Positions 21,513 to 33,379 of a DNA stretch of 64,000 nt are shown piece by piece. This DNA is from Tolypothrix carrinoi HA7290-LM1 (GTDB lineage: Bacteria; Cyanobacteriota; Cyanobacteriia; Cyanobacteriales; Nostocaceae), in the NCBI GenBank assembly GCA_019358935.1, contig JAHHIK010000009.1, positions 1 to 64,000 of the forward strand. The letters are read 5' to 3'. The notes below the pieces were generated by a model that saw nothing but the letters and a program-made list of their open reading frames with translations, was not told where the DNA came from and ran no database searches. The translations under genes were made by a program, and so were the position numbers. The stretch's first letter is position 1, and every line of letters starts with the position of its first letter.

Positions 21513-23105
21513 GTGAGTAATATAACGAATCAGCTACCAGTTGAAGTATCAAGTCTTAATACACCAATGCAAGCAATTTTTGATTATATTGTGATTGGCG
21601 CCGGTTCAGCAGGCTGCGTTGTTGCCAACCGTCTTACAGAAGACCCTAATACTAAAGTATTGCTGCTCGAAGCGGGTGGTCCTGATACCAAGCCAGAACT
21701 TCAAGTTCCCTCAGTGTGGCCTACTACACTCTTAGGCTCGGAAGTGGACTGGGCATACTTAACTGAAGGGGAACCTTACTTAAATAACCGCAAAATTTTA
21801 TCTTCACGCGGTAAAGTCTTGGGCGGCAGCAGTTCGATTAATGGCATGATTTATATACGAGGCAATGAACGTGACTACAATAGCTGGCAAGCGTTAGGTA
21901 ATATTGGTTGGAGTTATCAGGATGTCTTGCCTTACTTCAAGAAATCGGAAAACCAGCAGCGGGGAGCATCGTTATTTCACGGGGTTGATGGACCACTTAG
22001 CATCACAGATCCACTCTCTCCTGCAAAAGTGTCGCAACGCTTTGTGGAAGCCGCGATCGCACAGGGCTATGAGCAAAATCCCGACTTTAATGGCGTACAG
22101 CAGGAAGGTGCAGGACTTTACCAAGTAACCGTGAAAGATGGCAAGCGCCAAAGTACAGCAGTGGCATTTCTGCGTCCGATTAAAGATCGCCCCAACTTGA
22201 CCATTCAAACAGGAGCATTGGTGACTCGTTTACTGTTTGAGGGAAAGCGCGCGGTAGGGGTAGTGTATGTTCAAAACGGAACGGAGTATCAAGTTAGGGT
22301 CAACTCCGAAGTGATTTTGAGTGCTGGCGCCTTCGATTCTCCTAAACTGCTAATGCTTTCTGGAATTGGACCAACTGAACATCTGCGGGCTTCCGGCATT
22401 CCTGTAGTTTTTGATTTGCCGGGTGTCGGCCAGAATCTTCAAGATCACCCACTTGCTGTTATTGCCTACCAGTCTACTCAGGACGTGCCCCTTGCGCCAA
22501 GTAGTAATGGGGGAGAGGCTGGGTTATTTCTGCATACCAACAATAATTTAGATGCGGCGCCTAATTTGCAATTTACAATTGTTCCGATTTTATATGTCGA
22601 TCCTGCCTATGCACGTGAAGGTCCGGCATTCACCCTTCCCTTTTACATCACCCGTCCTGAAAGTCGTGGTAGTGTAAGACTACGTTCCTCCTCCCCCTTC
22701 GACCCACCGTTGATTCGGGTCAACTATCTTCAGAAAGAATCTGACATGCAACTGATGGTTGAAGGACTTAAAATTTTGCGTCAAATTGTGTACTCCGATG
22801 CGTTTAATGAGTTTCGGGGCGAGGAAATTGCTCCAGGGAGTTCCGTGCATAGCGACAAAGCAATCGAAGATTATATTCGGCAAACGTGCGGTACGGCATG
22901 GCATCCTGTTGGGACGTGCAAAATGGGTATTGATCAAATGGCGGTTGTCGATCCTCAACTCAAGGTACGGGGGATTGAAGGGTTACGAGTTGTTGATGCA
23001 TCGATTATGCCAACTATGATCACAGGAAACACAAATGCATCGGCAATTATGATTGGAGAAAAGGCTGCCGATTTGATAAAAGTTGGAACAAAATTGCCTC
23101 AATGA
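21513..23105 (+). CDS. GMC-family oxidoreductase (choline dehydrogenase-like); start could be 21567
   Basis: GAGSAG, GGSSSINGM, HPVGTCKMG, GNTNA motifs. Confidence 0.93.
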   Translation: MSNITNQLPVEVSSLNTPMQAIFDYIVIGAGSAGCVVANRLTEDPNTKVLLLEAGGPDTKPELQVPSVWPTTLLGSEVDWAYLTEGEPYLNNRKILSSRGKVLGGSSSINGMIYIRGNERDYNSWQALGNIGWSYQDVLPYFKKSENQQRGASLFHGVDGPLSITDPLSPAKVSQRFVEAAIAQGYEQNPDFNGVQQEGAGLYQVTVKDGKRQSTAVAFLRPIKDRPNLTIQTGALVTRLLFEGKRAVGVVYVQNGTEYQVRVNSEVILSAGAFDSPKLLMLSGIGPTEHLRASGIPVVFDLPGVGQNLQDHPLAVIAYQSTQDVPLAPSSNGGEAGLFLHTNNNLDAAPNLQFTIVPILYVDPAYAREGPAFTLPFYITRPESRGSVRLRSSSPFDPPLIRVNYLQKESDMQLMVEGLKILRQIVYSDAFNEFRGEEIAPGSSVHSDKAIEDYIRQTCGTAWHPVGTCKMGIDQMAVVDPQLKVRGIEGLRVVDASIMPTMITGNTNASAIMIGEKAADLIKVGTKLPQ

Positions 23106-23523
23106 TGGTGAAAGCCTCAGAAATAGCCTTCCGCCGCACTATCAAGCGTTATTTGACTCTCTAGCTAGAGAATCGGACGATCATACGCTGGTGATGCCGT
23201 TTGAGCTTTGGCGAGAAGCGCTTCTCAATGATGCTGACCTCGAACTGGCTCGATCCAGTTACGCACGATTATCACCCCAAGCGTATCAACCGTGGATTGA
23301 CAAGTTGGACTTGAAGCAGTTTTACTCGCTGCCCATTCCTAAAAGTTACCTCTACTGTACAGAAGATAATGTCCTCCCTCAAGGCGAACAGTGGGGTTGG
23401 CATCCGAGAATGTCTAACCGCTTGGGGCTATTTCGGCTTGTACAAATGCCCGGTAGTCACGAGGTCATGTTTTCTAACCCGGTTGGTTTAGCAGAAAAGA
23501 TTATTGTGGCAGGGCGCGACTAG
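23098..23523 (+). pseudogene. C-terminal half of an alpha/beta hydrolase paralogous to 28746-29471
   Basis: Highly similar to 29049-29471; lacks the nucleophile-containing N-terminal half and is fused to the end of the GMC gene. Confidence 0.85.
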
Positions 23524-23570
23524 CAGCAGAATTTGCAATTGTGTTTATTGATTGAAACAGGAGAAACAGG

Positions 23571-23690
23571 ATGATACTGCAAGATAAAGTGGCGTTAGTG
23601 ACTGGCGGAACTTCAGGAATTGGTCGTGCAGCCGCGATCGCTTATGCCCAACAACAAGCAAAGGTGGTGGTTGGTCGGCGAATGGACTTC
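23571..23690 (+). pseudogene. SDR oxidoreductase N-terminal stub
   Basis: [26 protein letters not shown], then diverges. Confidence 0.75.
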
Positions 23691-23868
23691 AAGCGCCAGG
23701 AATGGCATATTCTGCGCCCGAATCTCTTGATGCAGGGCTTGTTAAACTTCAACTCGACGATCGCCGCTCAAAACGCCTTTTATGCCGCGAACATCTGCGG
23801 TGAAGTGAAGCTTACGAGGCGTGAGGTGGCACACAAAATTTGCAGCAATCTTTCAATGTAGGGGAACA

Positions 23869-25245
23869 ATGACAACTACGAATAGACACAGTGCTTCTTT
23901 CAATGATCTGGCAACACTTCTCACAGGACAGCTTGTTCTGTTTGAAGACGCTAACTATGAAGAGGTGCGCCAACTCTGGAATGGTAAGGTAAAAACTCAA
24001 CCTGCCGCGATCGCTCGGTGTCTCACTGTACAAGATGTCATTCATACGATTCGCTGGACAAGAGCACAGGGACTGCCCCTCTCGGTTCGAGGTGCTGGAC
24101 ATGAGATTTTCGGACGATCGCTCCTGGAGAATGGCGTGGTGATCGATCTTTCTCAGGTGAAAGCTGTTACCGTTGATCCAAACAAGCGCACAGCTCAGAT
24201 TCAAGCTGGAGCAACAGCTAGCGACCTGATCGAAGCAGCACAGCAATACGGGTTAGCAACCACCACAGGAACAATCTCTAGCGTTGGGATGACCGGACTG
24301 ACTCTGGGGGGCGGCTATGGTCCTCTGAACGGTGCCTACGGACTGGCTGCTGATAATTTGCTGTCGGCACAAGTGGTCACTGCTGATGGGCAGCTTATCA
24401 CCGCAAACGCCAAGGAAAATGCCGACCTACTCTGGGGACTGCGCGGCGGCGGTGGCAATTTTGGAGTTGTTGTCTCCCTAGAGTTTCGCCTGCATCCGCT
24501 CACAACCGTGTTATCGGGTTTACTGCTCTATCCTTTGGATCAAGCTAGAACTGTGTTACACCGTTTTAACGAGTTCATCGCCACCGCTCCTGATGAATTG
24601 ACGATTCGGTCTGGATTCCTTCAGATCCCCGATGGTCAGACGGTGCTGTTTCTCTCACCGACTTATTGTAGCTCGCTCGAAATGGGTGAGCAGGCTATTG
24701 CACCTCTGCGGACTTTTGGTACAGTGCTGGTCGATCAGATGCAATCTGTTTCTTATAACGAATTAATTCATAGTAGCGATGCGTTCACTCCAAAGGGTCG
24801 TCACTACTACCTTCAAACTCAGTCGCTTGACGGCTTGCAGACTGAGACGATCGAGGCACTGATTGAACAGGGACTGCCATTGCCCTCTCCATTTTCAGCG
24901 ATTAATCTCCATCACTTTCATGGAGCCGCAAGTCGGGTCGGTGTGTCCGAGACTGCTTTTGCGCTGCGTCAGGATCATCTGATGGTTGAGCTAATTGCAG
25001 CTTGGGAGCCACAGGACGACGAGCAGCGGTATATCCAATGGGCACAGAACCTCTCACAGGCACTAGCACCCTATGCTTTCAAAGGGGGATACATCAATCT
25101 CCTAGATGAGCAAGAACAGGAGCGCGTTCGGCTTGCCTTCGGGTTGAACTATGAGCGATTGCTCGATCTTAAGCAGAAATACGATCCAGATGATGTGTTT
25201 CGATCGACGATCGGACATCTCGCACCCAATTCGCTCACACGGTAA
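23869..25245 (+). CDS. FAD-binding oxidoreductase, berberine bridge enzyme-like
   Basis: SVRGAGH, LRGGGGNFGVV, YINL, KQKYDP. Confidence 0.93.
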   Translation: MTTTNRHSASFNDLATLLTGQLVLFEDANYEEVRQLWNGKVKTQPAAIARCLTVQDVIHTIRWTRAQGLPLSVRGAGHEIFGRSLLENGVVIDLSQVKAVTVDPNKRTAQIQAGATASDLIEAAQQYGLATTTGTISSVGMTGLTLGGGYGPLNGAYGLAADNLLSAQVVTADGQLITANAKENADLLWGLRGGGGNFGVVVSLEFRLHPLTTVLSGLLLYPLDQARTVLHRFNEFIATAPDELTIRSGFLQIPDGQTVLFLSPTYCSSLEMGEQAIAPLRTFGTVLVDQMQSVSYNELIHSSDAFTPKGRHYYLQTQSLDGLQTETIEALIEQGLPLPSPFSAINLHHFHGAASRVGVSETAFALRQDHLMVELIAAWEPQDDEQRYIQWAQNLSQALAPYAFKGGYINLLDEQEQERVRLAFGLNYERLLDLKQKYDPDDVFRSTIGHLAPNSLTR

Positions 25246-25248
25246 GAC

Positions 25249-25533
25249 TCTGACAAATCATCGTCGTTCATAACAGGTGAAACATTGATGTTAGATGGTG
25301 GGTATATCGCGCAGTAGTCGATCGGCAGTGCGAAACGTTGCGCCCCAGTCGCGATCGACACCGATACGAATCCCGCAGATGGAGACGTTTCCGCAGTCAT
25401 GATCAAGATGATTGCCCTCGGTCGCTACGGGCAGGGTGACGAGGTAGCTGGCATAGTCTCTTATCTCGCCAGTTCTGAAACTGCTTTTGTTACGGGTACG
25501 AGTCTCAAAATTGATGGCGGCTATACCGCTTGA
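25249..25533 (+). pseudogene. Two consecutive SDR C-terminal remnants
   Basis: SDKSSSFITGETLMLDGGYIAQ* (to 25317) and [34 protein letters not shown] (to 25533). Confidence 0.75.
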
Positions 25534-25585
25534 ACGAGACGTAATCAAATTTGTTGTAATCACTAAACTCAACCAGGAGAACACT

Positions 25586-26341
25586 ATGTCACAGAAACTC
25601 GCGGGAAAAGTTGCACTCGTCACGGGCGGCACCAGCGGCATCGGACTTGCCACTGCTAAGCGATTTGTCGCTGAAGGTGCCTATGTCTTTATCACGGGTC
25701 GTCGTCAGACTGAACTTGATGCTGCTGTAACCGAGATTGGTAAGAACGTGACTGGCATTCAGGGCAATGTCTCAGATCTGACAGACCTCGATCGCCTTTA
25801 CGCCACGATCGAGCAAGAGCAAGGTCGCCTGGACATCCTCTTTGCTAATGCTGGCGCTGGTGAACTCATCCCGCTCGGATCGATCACCGAAGAACACTTT
25901 GACAAAACCTTCAACACCAATGTCAAGGGTCTACTTTTCACCGTGCAGAAGGCACTGCCACTGATGCCAGAGGGCGCTTCCATTGTCCTGAATGCCTCAA
26001 CTAATTCCATCAAGGGTATCCCAGCCTTCAGTGTTTATAGCGCTACCAAAGCCGCCGTGCGATCGTTTGCCCGCACCTGGACACTCGACCTCAAAGACCG
26101 CCAGATTCGAGTGAATGCGGTCAGCCCTGGTTTCATTCCGACTCCCGCTTACGATCTTCTCTGGGGACTCAGTGAAGAGCAGTTGAAAGAATTTGTGGAG
26201 AGCCAAGCTAACAATATCCCATTGGGACGAGCCGGCACGCCCGACGAGGTTGCCAAAGCCGTTGTCTTTCTGGCTTCAGATGACAGCAGCTTTGTCAACG
26301 GCATTGAGCTATTCGTCGATGGTGGCATGGCACAAATCTAA
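25586..26341 (+). CDS. SDR-family oxidoreductase
   Basis: [25 protein letters not shown]. Confidence 0.95.
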   Translation: MSQKLAGKVALVTGGTSGIGLATAKRFVAEGAYVFITGRRQTELDAAVTEIGKNVTGIQGNVSDLTDLDRLYATIEQEQGRLDILFANAGAGELIPLGSITEEHFDKTFNTNVKGLLFTVQKALPLMPEGASIVLNASTNSIKGIPAFSVYSATKAAVRSFARTWTLDLKDRQIRVNAVSPGFIPTPAYDLLWGLSEEQLKEFVESQANNIPLGRAGTPDEVAKAVVFLASDDSSFVNGIELFVDGGMAQI

Positions 26342-26503
26342 ATGGGTGCTGCGTCCAGAGCGGCCAGCTAACAGTGCAGCAGACGGTTTAAAGCCGCTAG
26401 TGCTGCGTTCGAGTTTCTTTGCCGCCGCTGATTTGAACCGTTGGGCCATTGCACTTAAGTTAAATCAAACGAGAATCCGACGCAGCATTCATAGGAGATT
26501 TCA

Positions 26504-27337
26504 ATGCCTTACGTCACTGTCAGTCAAGAAAATTCTGCAACCATTGATCTCTACTACGAAGATCTTGGGACAGGTCAACCGATTGTTCTCATTCATGGAT
26601 TTCCCCTCAACGGTCATTCCTGGGAAAAGCAGGTCTTAGTGCTGCTAAATGCGGGGTATCGAGTCATTACCTACGATCGCAGAGGATTTGGTGCTTCTAG
26701 CCAACCCTCATTTGGCTATGACTACGATACCTTTGCAGCAGATTTGAACGTGCTGATGACCCAGCTTAACTTGCAGGATGCTGTGCTGGTCGGCTTCTCA
26801 ATGGGAACAGGCGAAGTTACGCGATACCTTGGCAAATATGGCTCAGAGCGGGTGCAGAAAGCCGTGCTGATGGCTCCAGTGCCGCCCTTCCTACTGAAGA
26901 CTGATGACAATCCTGAAGGTGTCGATCGAAGCGTTTTCAATGGCATTATGAAAGCGATTGTTGAAGATCGTCCAGCTTACTTTTCTGCATTTTTCAAAGA
27001 ATTCTTCAATGTGGATGTGTTGCTGGGTAAGCGGATTAGCAATGAAGCAATTCAGGCAAGTTGGAATGTGGCTGTAGGGGCTTCTGCTAAAGGGACTTTA
27101 GATTGTGTACCGTCCTGGCTCACCGATTTCCGCGATGATCTGCCCCGCATTGATGTACCAACCCTGATCCTTCATGGAGACAGCGATCGCATTTTGCCAC
27201 TTGAGTCCACCGCAGCAAGACTCCCGAAGTTGATTAAAAACAGTCAACTGGTTGTCATTCCTGGCGGACCGCACGCCATTAACTGGACGCACGCTGATCA
27301 GATCAATCCCTTGTTGTTGGACTTTCTTCAGGGGTGA
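26504..27337 (+). CDS. Alpha/beta hydrolase, non-heme haloperoxidase/arylesterase-like
   Basis: HGFP, DRRGFG, GFSMG, HGDSD, GPH. Confidence 0.93.
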   Translation: MPYVTVSQENSATIDLYYEDLGTGQPIVLIHGFPLNGHSWEKQVLVLLNAGYRVITYDRRGFGASSQPSFGYDYDTFAADLNVLMTQLNLQDAVLVGFSMGTGEVTRYLGKYGSERVQKAVLMAPVPPFLLKTDDNPEGVDRSVFNGIMKAIVEDRPAYFSAFFKEFFNVDVLLGKRISNEAIQASWNVAVGASAKGTLDCVPSWLTDFRDDLPRIDVPTLILHGDSDRILPLESTAARLPKLIKNSQLVVIPGGPHAINWTHADQINPLLLDFLQG

Positions 27338-27375
27338 TTATCTATCGAATCTTTTATCGCTAAAAAGGTTCTAAT

Positions 27376-28344
27376 ATGTTTTCTAGACTGATGATAGCGG
27401 TTGCAACCACAGTGCTAATGATTGTGACCTCTTGTATTTTTCCAGCGGTATCACCACTGGGCAAAAGTGCGATCGCTCAAGTGCCAGGTGTCTATCCATT
27501 CAAGTTAGGTGATTTCACAATTACAGTCCTGAGCGACGGCACACTCCCCCAGGATCTACATACGCTGCTGTCCAATACGAACCCAACAGAAACCGATCGC
27601 CTGCTTCAGAAAAACTTTCTGACTAATCCTGTCGAGGCATCGATTAATGCTTTCTTGATCGACACTGGAGATCAACAAGTACTCGTGGACACGGGAGCCG
27701 GAACCTTTTTTGGTCCAAAACTGGGCGGCAAGCTTCAAACATCGTTAAAGGCAGCAGGCTACACGCCTAACGAGATTGATGCAATCCTCCTAACTCATAT
27801 TCATACCGATCATAGTGGGGGGCTGGTCGAAGCTGGTCAACGGGTGTTTCCTGCCGCCACGCTCTATGTCGGCAAACCAGATGTCGATTTCTGGTTTGAT
27901 CGAGCGAATGCCACGCGATTCAACGTTGCTGAAAAATACTTTGACGAAGCCGCGAAAACTGTCAAACCTTATTTAGATGCAGGCAAGGTGAAATCGTTTT
28001 CTGGCAAGACAGCCCTTCTACCGGGAATCACCGCGCATCCCACACCCGGACACACTCCTGGTCATAGCTGCTATGTGGCGGCAAGCAAGGGCGAGAGCAT
28101 CGAGTTTTGGGGCGATATTGTTCACTTTGCTTCGGTGCAATTTCCCAAGCCAGAAATTACAGTTGCTTATGATGTCGATGCCAATGCTGCTGCGGCACAA
28201 CGCAAAAAACAGTTTGCGAGAGCGGAAGCATCCCGAATTTTGGTAGCAGGCGCACATTTGCCCTTTCCCGGCGTTGGACACCTTCGGGCAGCAGATCAAG
28301 GTTATGCCTGGGTGCCAGTGGATTACCGCTGGCGTGAACCCTAA
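27376..28344 (+). CDS. MBL-fold metallo-hydrolase with N-terminal signal peptide (methyl-parathion hydrolase-like)
   Basis: THIHTDH, GHTPGH, WGDIVH, AGAHLPFPG. Confidence 0.92.
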   Translation: MFSRLMIAVATTVLMIVTSCIFPAVSPLGKSAIAQVPGVYPFKLGDFTITVLSDGTLPQDLHTLLSNTNPTETDRLLQKNFLTNPVEASINAFLIDTGDQQVLVDTGAGTFFGPKLGGKLQTSLKAAGYTPNEIDAILLTHIHTDHSGGLVEAGQRVFPAATLYVGKPDVDFWFDRANATRFNVAEKYFDEAAKTVKPYLDAGKVKSFSGKTALLPGITAHPTPGHTPGHSCYVAASKGESIEFWGDIVHFASVQFPKPEITVAYDVDANAAAAQRKKQFARAEASRILVAGAHLPFPGVGHLRAADQGYAWVPVDYRWREP

Positions 28345-28435
28345 AGGATTCATAGTAATCATTTTAGCAACTTGATGATAGTTGCGATCGCACCACAACC
28401 ATTCGAGCAAACTTCAAGCTATTGAGCAAAACCTC

Positions 28436-28666
28436 ATGAATGACTACTCTACTACTCTAGAGACACAATTGAATACGATGAGAACACAAATCTCTAGCAG
28501 CCTTGAAAAAGCACGAGACCAGAGAGATACACTCAAACGTACAAACTCTCGCTACATCACAAGCAATATCATTCTCAGCGCCCTAGCCACACTCCTAGCA
28601 GGCATGGCGGGAACGATCGGCAATGCTCAAAAGCGGATATACAGCGAGTTAATTTTCGATCGTTAA
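28436..28666 (+). pseudogene. Truncated membrane protein (SLATT/DUF4231-like) fused to an SDR tail repeat
   Basis: One TM helix, then sequence identical to the end of the SDR remnant at 30319. Confidence 0.4.
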
Positions 28667-28745
28667 TGGTGGACTCACAGCGAACCGATTCATTTCAAGA
28701 GAGAACAAATGGGCTTGATTTTCAGATCGCAACTAAAGGAATTCT

Positions 28746-29471
28746 ATGTCAATTTTTGTCTTAGTTCATGGCTCCTGGCATGATGGTTCTGCTTGGCAAG
28801 CAGTCGTTGACCATATAGAAGCAAAAGGACATCTGGCGTTTGCTCCTACGATCGCGGGTCATGGGAAAGGCGTAGATAAAAACGTTAACCATGCTCAATG
28901 TACGCAATCGATCGTTGATTACATTGTGAGCAAAGACTTAACCGATATTGTTCTCTTAGGTCATAGTTTTGCCGGAACAATCATTGCGAAAGTTGCTGAA
29001 GCGATTCCCGATCGCATTCGACGGCTCATCTTCTTCGATGCCTTTGTCCTCAACGATGGAGAGAGCCTTAAAGATAACGTTCCACCGCATCTTCAAACAT
29101 TACTCGACGAGCTAGTTAGAGAATCAAACGATCAGATGATGGTTATACCTTTTGAGATGTGGCGAGAAGCGTTTCTCAACGATGCTGACCTCGATTTGGC
29201 TCGATCAAGTTACGCACAACTATCCCCTGAACCGTATCAACCGTGGATTGACAAGCTGGACTTGAGGCAGTTTTACTCGCTGCCCATTCCTAAAAGTTAC
29301 CTCTACTGTACAGAAGACACTGCTTTACCTCAAGGCGAGTGGGGATGGCATCCCAGGATGTCTAACCGCTTAGGGCAATTTCGGTTCGTGCAAATGCCCG
29401 GTAGCCATGAGGTGATGTTTTCTAACCCGGTTGGTTTAGCAGAAAAGATTATTGTGGCAGGACGGGACTAG
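28746..29471 (+). CDS. Alpha/beta hydrolase (salicylate esterase-like)
   Basis: LVHGSWH, GHSFAG, PGSHE. Confidence 0.92.
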   Translation: MSIFVLVHGSWHDGSAWQAVVDHIEAKGHLAFAPTIAGHGKGVDKNVNHAQCTQSIVDYIVSKDLTDIVLLGHSFAGTIIAKVAEAIPDRIRRLIFFDAFVLNDGESLKDNVPPHLQTLLDELVRESNDQMMVIPFEMWREAFLNDADLDLARSSYAQLSPEPYQPWIDKLDLRQFYSLPIPKSYLYCTEDTALPQGEWGWHPRMSNRLGQFRFVQMPGSHEVMFSNPVGLAEKIIVAGRD

Positions 29472-29587
29472 CAACATGATGGTTTCATAACAAAATAAAC
29501 GAGTTGCCGTTCTTTGAGAAGTAGAAAAATAGCTTGAATACCGTTGAGTGACTCAATTTACAACACGGAGAGAAACAAGGAGAAATT

Positions 29588-29962
29588 ATGGAAACTAGAC
29601 AAATCGCCGTCATAGAGCGACTGCAACAAGCACAGAACGCACAAGACCTGGAAGCGCTTTTAGCCTGCTTTGCACCCAACTTTCAGGGCAATCATCCACT
29701 CCATCCTGAGAGAGATATCGAGGGAATTGAGAATGCCCGTAAGAATTGGTCTGGCATCTTCCACGCCATCCCAGACTTTCACTCAGAGTTGCTCCGTTCG
29801 GCAGTAGAGGGTGACACGGCTTGGGCTGAGTGGTACTGGTTCGGCACCCATCGTGATGGTACGCAGTTTGGTATGCGCGGCGTGACTATTGTTGGTGTAC
29901 AAGCGGATCAGATCAAGTGGGCACGCTTGTATATGGAACCTGTATCAGCGAGTAGCGAATAA
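29588..29962 (+). CDS. NTF2/SnoaL-like protein
   Basis: 124 aa; AGGAG RBS; DLEALLACFA..HP..WSGIFHAIPDF. Confidence 0.85.
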   Translation: METRQIAVIERLQQAQNAQDLEALLACFAPNFQGNHPLHPERDIEGIENARKNWSGIFHAIPDFHSELLRSAVEGDTAWAEWYWFGTHRDGTQFGMRGVTIVGVQADQIKWARLYMEPVSASSE

Positions 29963-29971
29963 CCCGTAAAC

Positions 29972-30338
<367 letters not shown>

Positions 30339-30723
30339 CTTTTGATTGTTGATGGTGGAATCACAGTGAATCGATCCATAAACAAATCAAATCACGATGG
30401 TTCGTTGAGGCGATGGTCAACTCTACATTTTAAGGTGGTGGATAAAATGATTAAGTGCAAAGATTTTGCGCCTCGGATTACTAAACGGGGACCTTTCGGC
30501 GGACCTTCTGAGTATGAATCCTTCTCTGAGGTTGTTAGTGCTGTCAATCAGTGGATCGAAAGTAAAAGATCAAGCCAGAGCCGTGTTACACCGTTTTAAC
30601 AAGTTCATCGCAACAGCACCCGAAAGCTTACCCTTTAATGACGAAACCTCGGCACGAATTACGCTCTTCAATTGCAAACTGCTTAACCCGCAAGTGTTTC
30701 GGCTTTTCTTAGTGCCATTCGAT

Positions 30724-31074
30724 TTAGCGCCGATTTTGACGATATTCCTCCAAGTTGTCGATAACATCCAGAATTTCAACGAAGCGAGAGCCAAAGTCTG
30801 TCAATTTATACTCTACACGCGGTGGGATCTCAGGATAAGCAATCTTTTCCACAATGCCAAAATTAACGAGATCGGACAACCGCTCATTCAAAACCTTGGT
30901 CGTCAATCCCGTAGTCGCACGGGTCATCGCTCCTGGACGCTTAATGCCTGCGCGAATTAAGCGTAAAACTTCCAACATCCATTTACACCCAAGCGTATGC
31001 TCCACAATATAGGCAACGTTTGGCTGGGAGCGAGGAAACTTTTTTGGTGTGCTACGAGGCTGTGATATCTGCAT
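30724..31074 (-). CDS. HxlR-family winged-helix transcriptional regulator
   Basis: GCKWMLEVL, TKVLNERL, YPEIPPRVEYKLT. Confidence 0.92.
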   Translation of the reverse strand: MQISQPRSTPKKFPRSQPNVAYIVEHTLGCKWMLEVLRLIRAGIKRPGAMTRATTGLTTKVLNERLSDLVNFGIVEKIAYPEIPPRVEYKLTDFGSRFVEILDVIDNLEEYRQNRR

Positions 31075-31199
31075 TTGCTACTAAACGGTAACTACCTTAC
31101 CAAATCGTGCTGACTTGCGAAGTTAGGGAGAACTTACCTATGCTGAATGGTATTGAAATCCCGTCACTGTTTATTCTACATCAAGGAGATTTGGCACAG

Positions 31200-32168
31200 A
31201 TGGAATCTATGAAAGCAGCCGTATTAACTGCGTTTGGTGATGCTGAGAAGTTTGAGATTCAAACTGTTCCCACACCAACACTGAAGGCGAATCAGGTGTT
31301 AGTCAGAGTTTGTGCAACCTCGATTAACCCGATCGACTACCAAACTCGTCGTGGTGATTACAAGGAACTGGTTCGATTACCCGCCATTCTTGGAGTCGAT
31401 GTTTCAGGGGTGATTGAGGCAATTGGCGAAGCCGTGACTGATTTCAAGGTGGGAGACAACGTGTATTACTCGCCGCAAGTTTTTGGAGAATTCGGTAGCT
31501 ACGCTCAGTATCATGTGGCTGATGCAGCGATTGTTGCATTGAAGCCTGCAAATCTATCGCACATTGAAGCAGCTTCTTTTCCGCTTGCAGGCGGAACTGC
31601 TTGGGATTGTCTAGTGACTAGGGGCAATCTACAAGTTGGTGAAACAGTTCTCATCCATGCGGGTGCGGGTGGAGTGGGTTCGATCGCAGTTCAACTCGCC
31701 AAAGCGATAGGGGCATACGTTTTTGCGACGTGTAGTTCTAGAAACCGAGATTTCGTGACAGAACTGGGCGCAGATCGGGTGATTGATTACAAAAATGAAG
31801 ATTACGTAGAAGTCATTCGTCAAGAAACAAATGGACTGGGTGTGGATTTAGTTCTAGATACGATCGGCGGAGAAACAATTCAGCGTAGTCTAGAAATCAT
31901 TCGTCCCTTCGGTAGGCTTACAAGCATTGTAGACATTGCAATACCGCAATCGCTTCTTGAAGCATGGGGCAAGAATCTGACGATTCATTTTGTTTTTTCA
32001 CCCCAGTACCGAGCAAAATTAGAGGCTTTGACAAAACTCATCGAGCGTCATCAGCTTCGCCCAGTGATTGATTCAGTATTGTCTTGGGATCAGGTCGTTC
32101 TGGCACATCAGCGTCTAGAGCAGGGAGGAACATGGGGCAAAATTGTGCTGAAGTTTACAGAAAATTAG
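31200..32168 (+). CDS. MDR-family (zinc-type alcohol dehydrogenase / quinone oxidoreductase-like) protein
   Basis: SINPID, LGVDVSG, HAGAGGVG; AGGAG RBS. Confidence 0.92.
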   Translation: MESMKAAVLTAFGDAEKFEIQTVPTPTLKANQVLVRVCATSINPIDYQTRRGDYKELVRLPAILGVDVSGVIEAIGEAVTDFKVGDNVYYSPQVFGEFGSYAQYHVADAAIVALKPANLSHIEAASFPLAGGTAWDCLVTRGNLQVGETVLIHAGAGGVGSIAVQLAKAIGAYVFATCSSRNRDFVTELGADRVIDYKNEDYVEVIRQETNGLGVDLVLDTIGGETIQRSLEIIRPFGRLTSIVDIAIPQSLLEAWGKNLTIHFVFSPQYRAKLEALTKLIERHQLRPVIDSVLSWDQVVLAHQRLEQGGTWGKIVLKFTEN

Positions 32169-32231
32169 ACCAGCTTTACGGCGTTGGTAATTGCTAAACG
32201 GATCGGAGTTTGATTGTGTGCTGAAGATGAG

Positions 32232-32460
32232 AAGGCAGAAGTACGAAGGCAGAGGGCAGAAGGGAAACCCCATAAATGAATTTAGGGGTTTCTACTTAGA
32301 ATATCTTGTGCCTTGCACTACGTGTCTCTGCACAAATCTTTTCTTTTCTCCACGAATGAATTCGGGGGCTTGAAACCTTTCGGGCAGAATGCATCGGACG
32401 AAATTGTTTGGTATAAATCTTTCTTAAACCTTCTGCCCTCTGCCCTCAGCCTTCTGCCTT
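32232..32460. repeat. Cyanobacterial MITE-like repeat with (GGCAGAA/G)n inverted termini
   Basis: AAGGCAGAAG..GGCAGAGGGCAGAAGG versus CCTTCTGCCCTCTGCC..CTTCTGCCTT. Confidence 0.7.
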
Positions 32461-32806
32461 TTTTCGGTCAACATTGATTGGAACAGGAGAAACAGGATGA
32501 TACTGCAAGACAAAGTGGCTAGTTGCTAGAGGAACATCAGGAACTGGCAGAGCAACCGCCACCCTTGCGGTATCTGCGGAGCAGCGCGCTTTTGGTGCTG
32601 CGGGCGCAAAATGGTCTTCTGCGACAAACCCGATGTAGAAGGGGAAGAAACTGCTGCTCTTATTCGCGAGACTGGAGCGGAGTGCTTGTTTTCAATCGCA
32701 CAGTAACACCATAAGAATCTGACAAACGGCCCTAAGAATCTGAAAGAAACCAAGCCTGGGAACTGGCTACACTCCAGATATATATGTAGAAAAGGACTTA
32801 GACACC

Positions 32807-33205
32807 ATGAGAAAGCAACTTGTGAATCCGCCACAACGGTATGATGGCAAACCACACGGATTGTCCCACGCTGTTATCGATACCGCAACAGGCACCGTCT
32901 ACATCTCGGGTCAAGTTGACTGGGACATGAACCACCAAGTTTCATCCCACACCGTCGAGGGGCAACTCAAGAACGCGCTAAATAACCTAACGATCGTCCT
33001 AGATGCATCGGGAAGCTCCGTAGAGAATTTGCTGAACCTTCGCATCTACATTCGCGGTGAATTTGGAGAATTCCTTGAGGATATTGCACCAATTCTCGCA
33101 CAATTTCTGGCAAACTCGCGCCCCGCGCTTACTGGCATCGGTGTTGCCTCACTCGCCTCCCCAGAAATATTAGTTGAGATTGAGGCAACAGCAGCCCTTA
33201 AGTAA
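32807..33205 (+). CDS. RidA/YjgF-family protein
   Basis: VYISGQV, PALTGIGVASLA..LVEIEATA. Confidence 0.9.
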   Translation: MRKQLVNPPQRYDGKPHGLSHAVIDTATGTVYISGQVDWDMNHQVSSHTVEGQLKNALNNLTIVLDASGSSVENLLNLRIYIRGEFGEFLEDIAPILAQFLANSRPALTGIGVASLASPEILVEIEATAALK

Positions 33206-33379
33206 TTATCTGCTTACTGGGTTGGCGAAATCCCTCCAATGGGAGAAGCATCGATCGCGGAATCAAGGTTAGTATGTATTCTTCCTGTTGGATTTCTGGC
33301 TGGTGACTATTTTTGCTGCGCCAAAATCAGGCTGAAAAAAGCTAGAACGTGTTTATTCTGCAACTGCAAGCAATCGGTG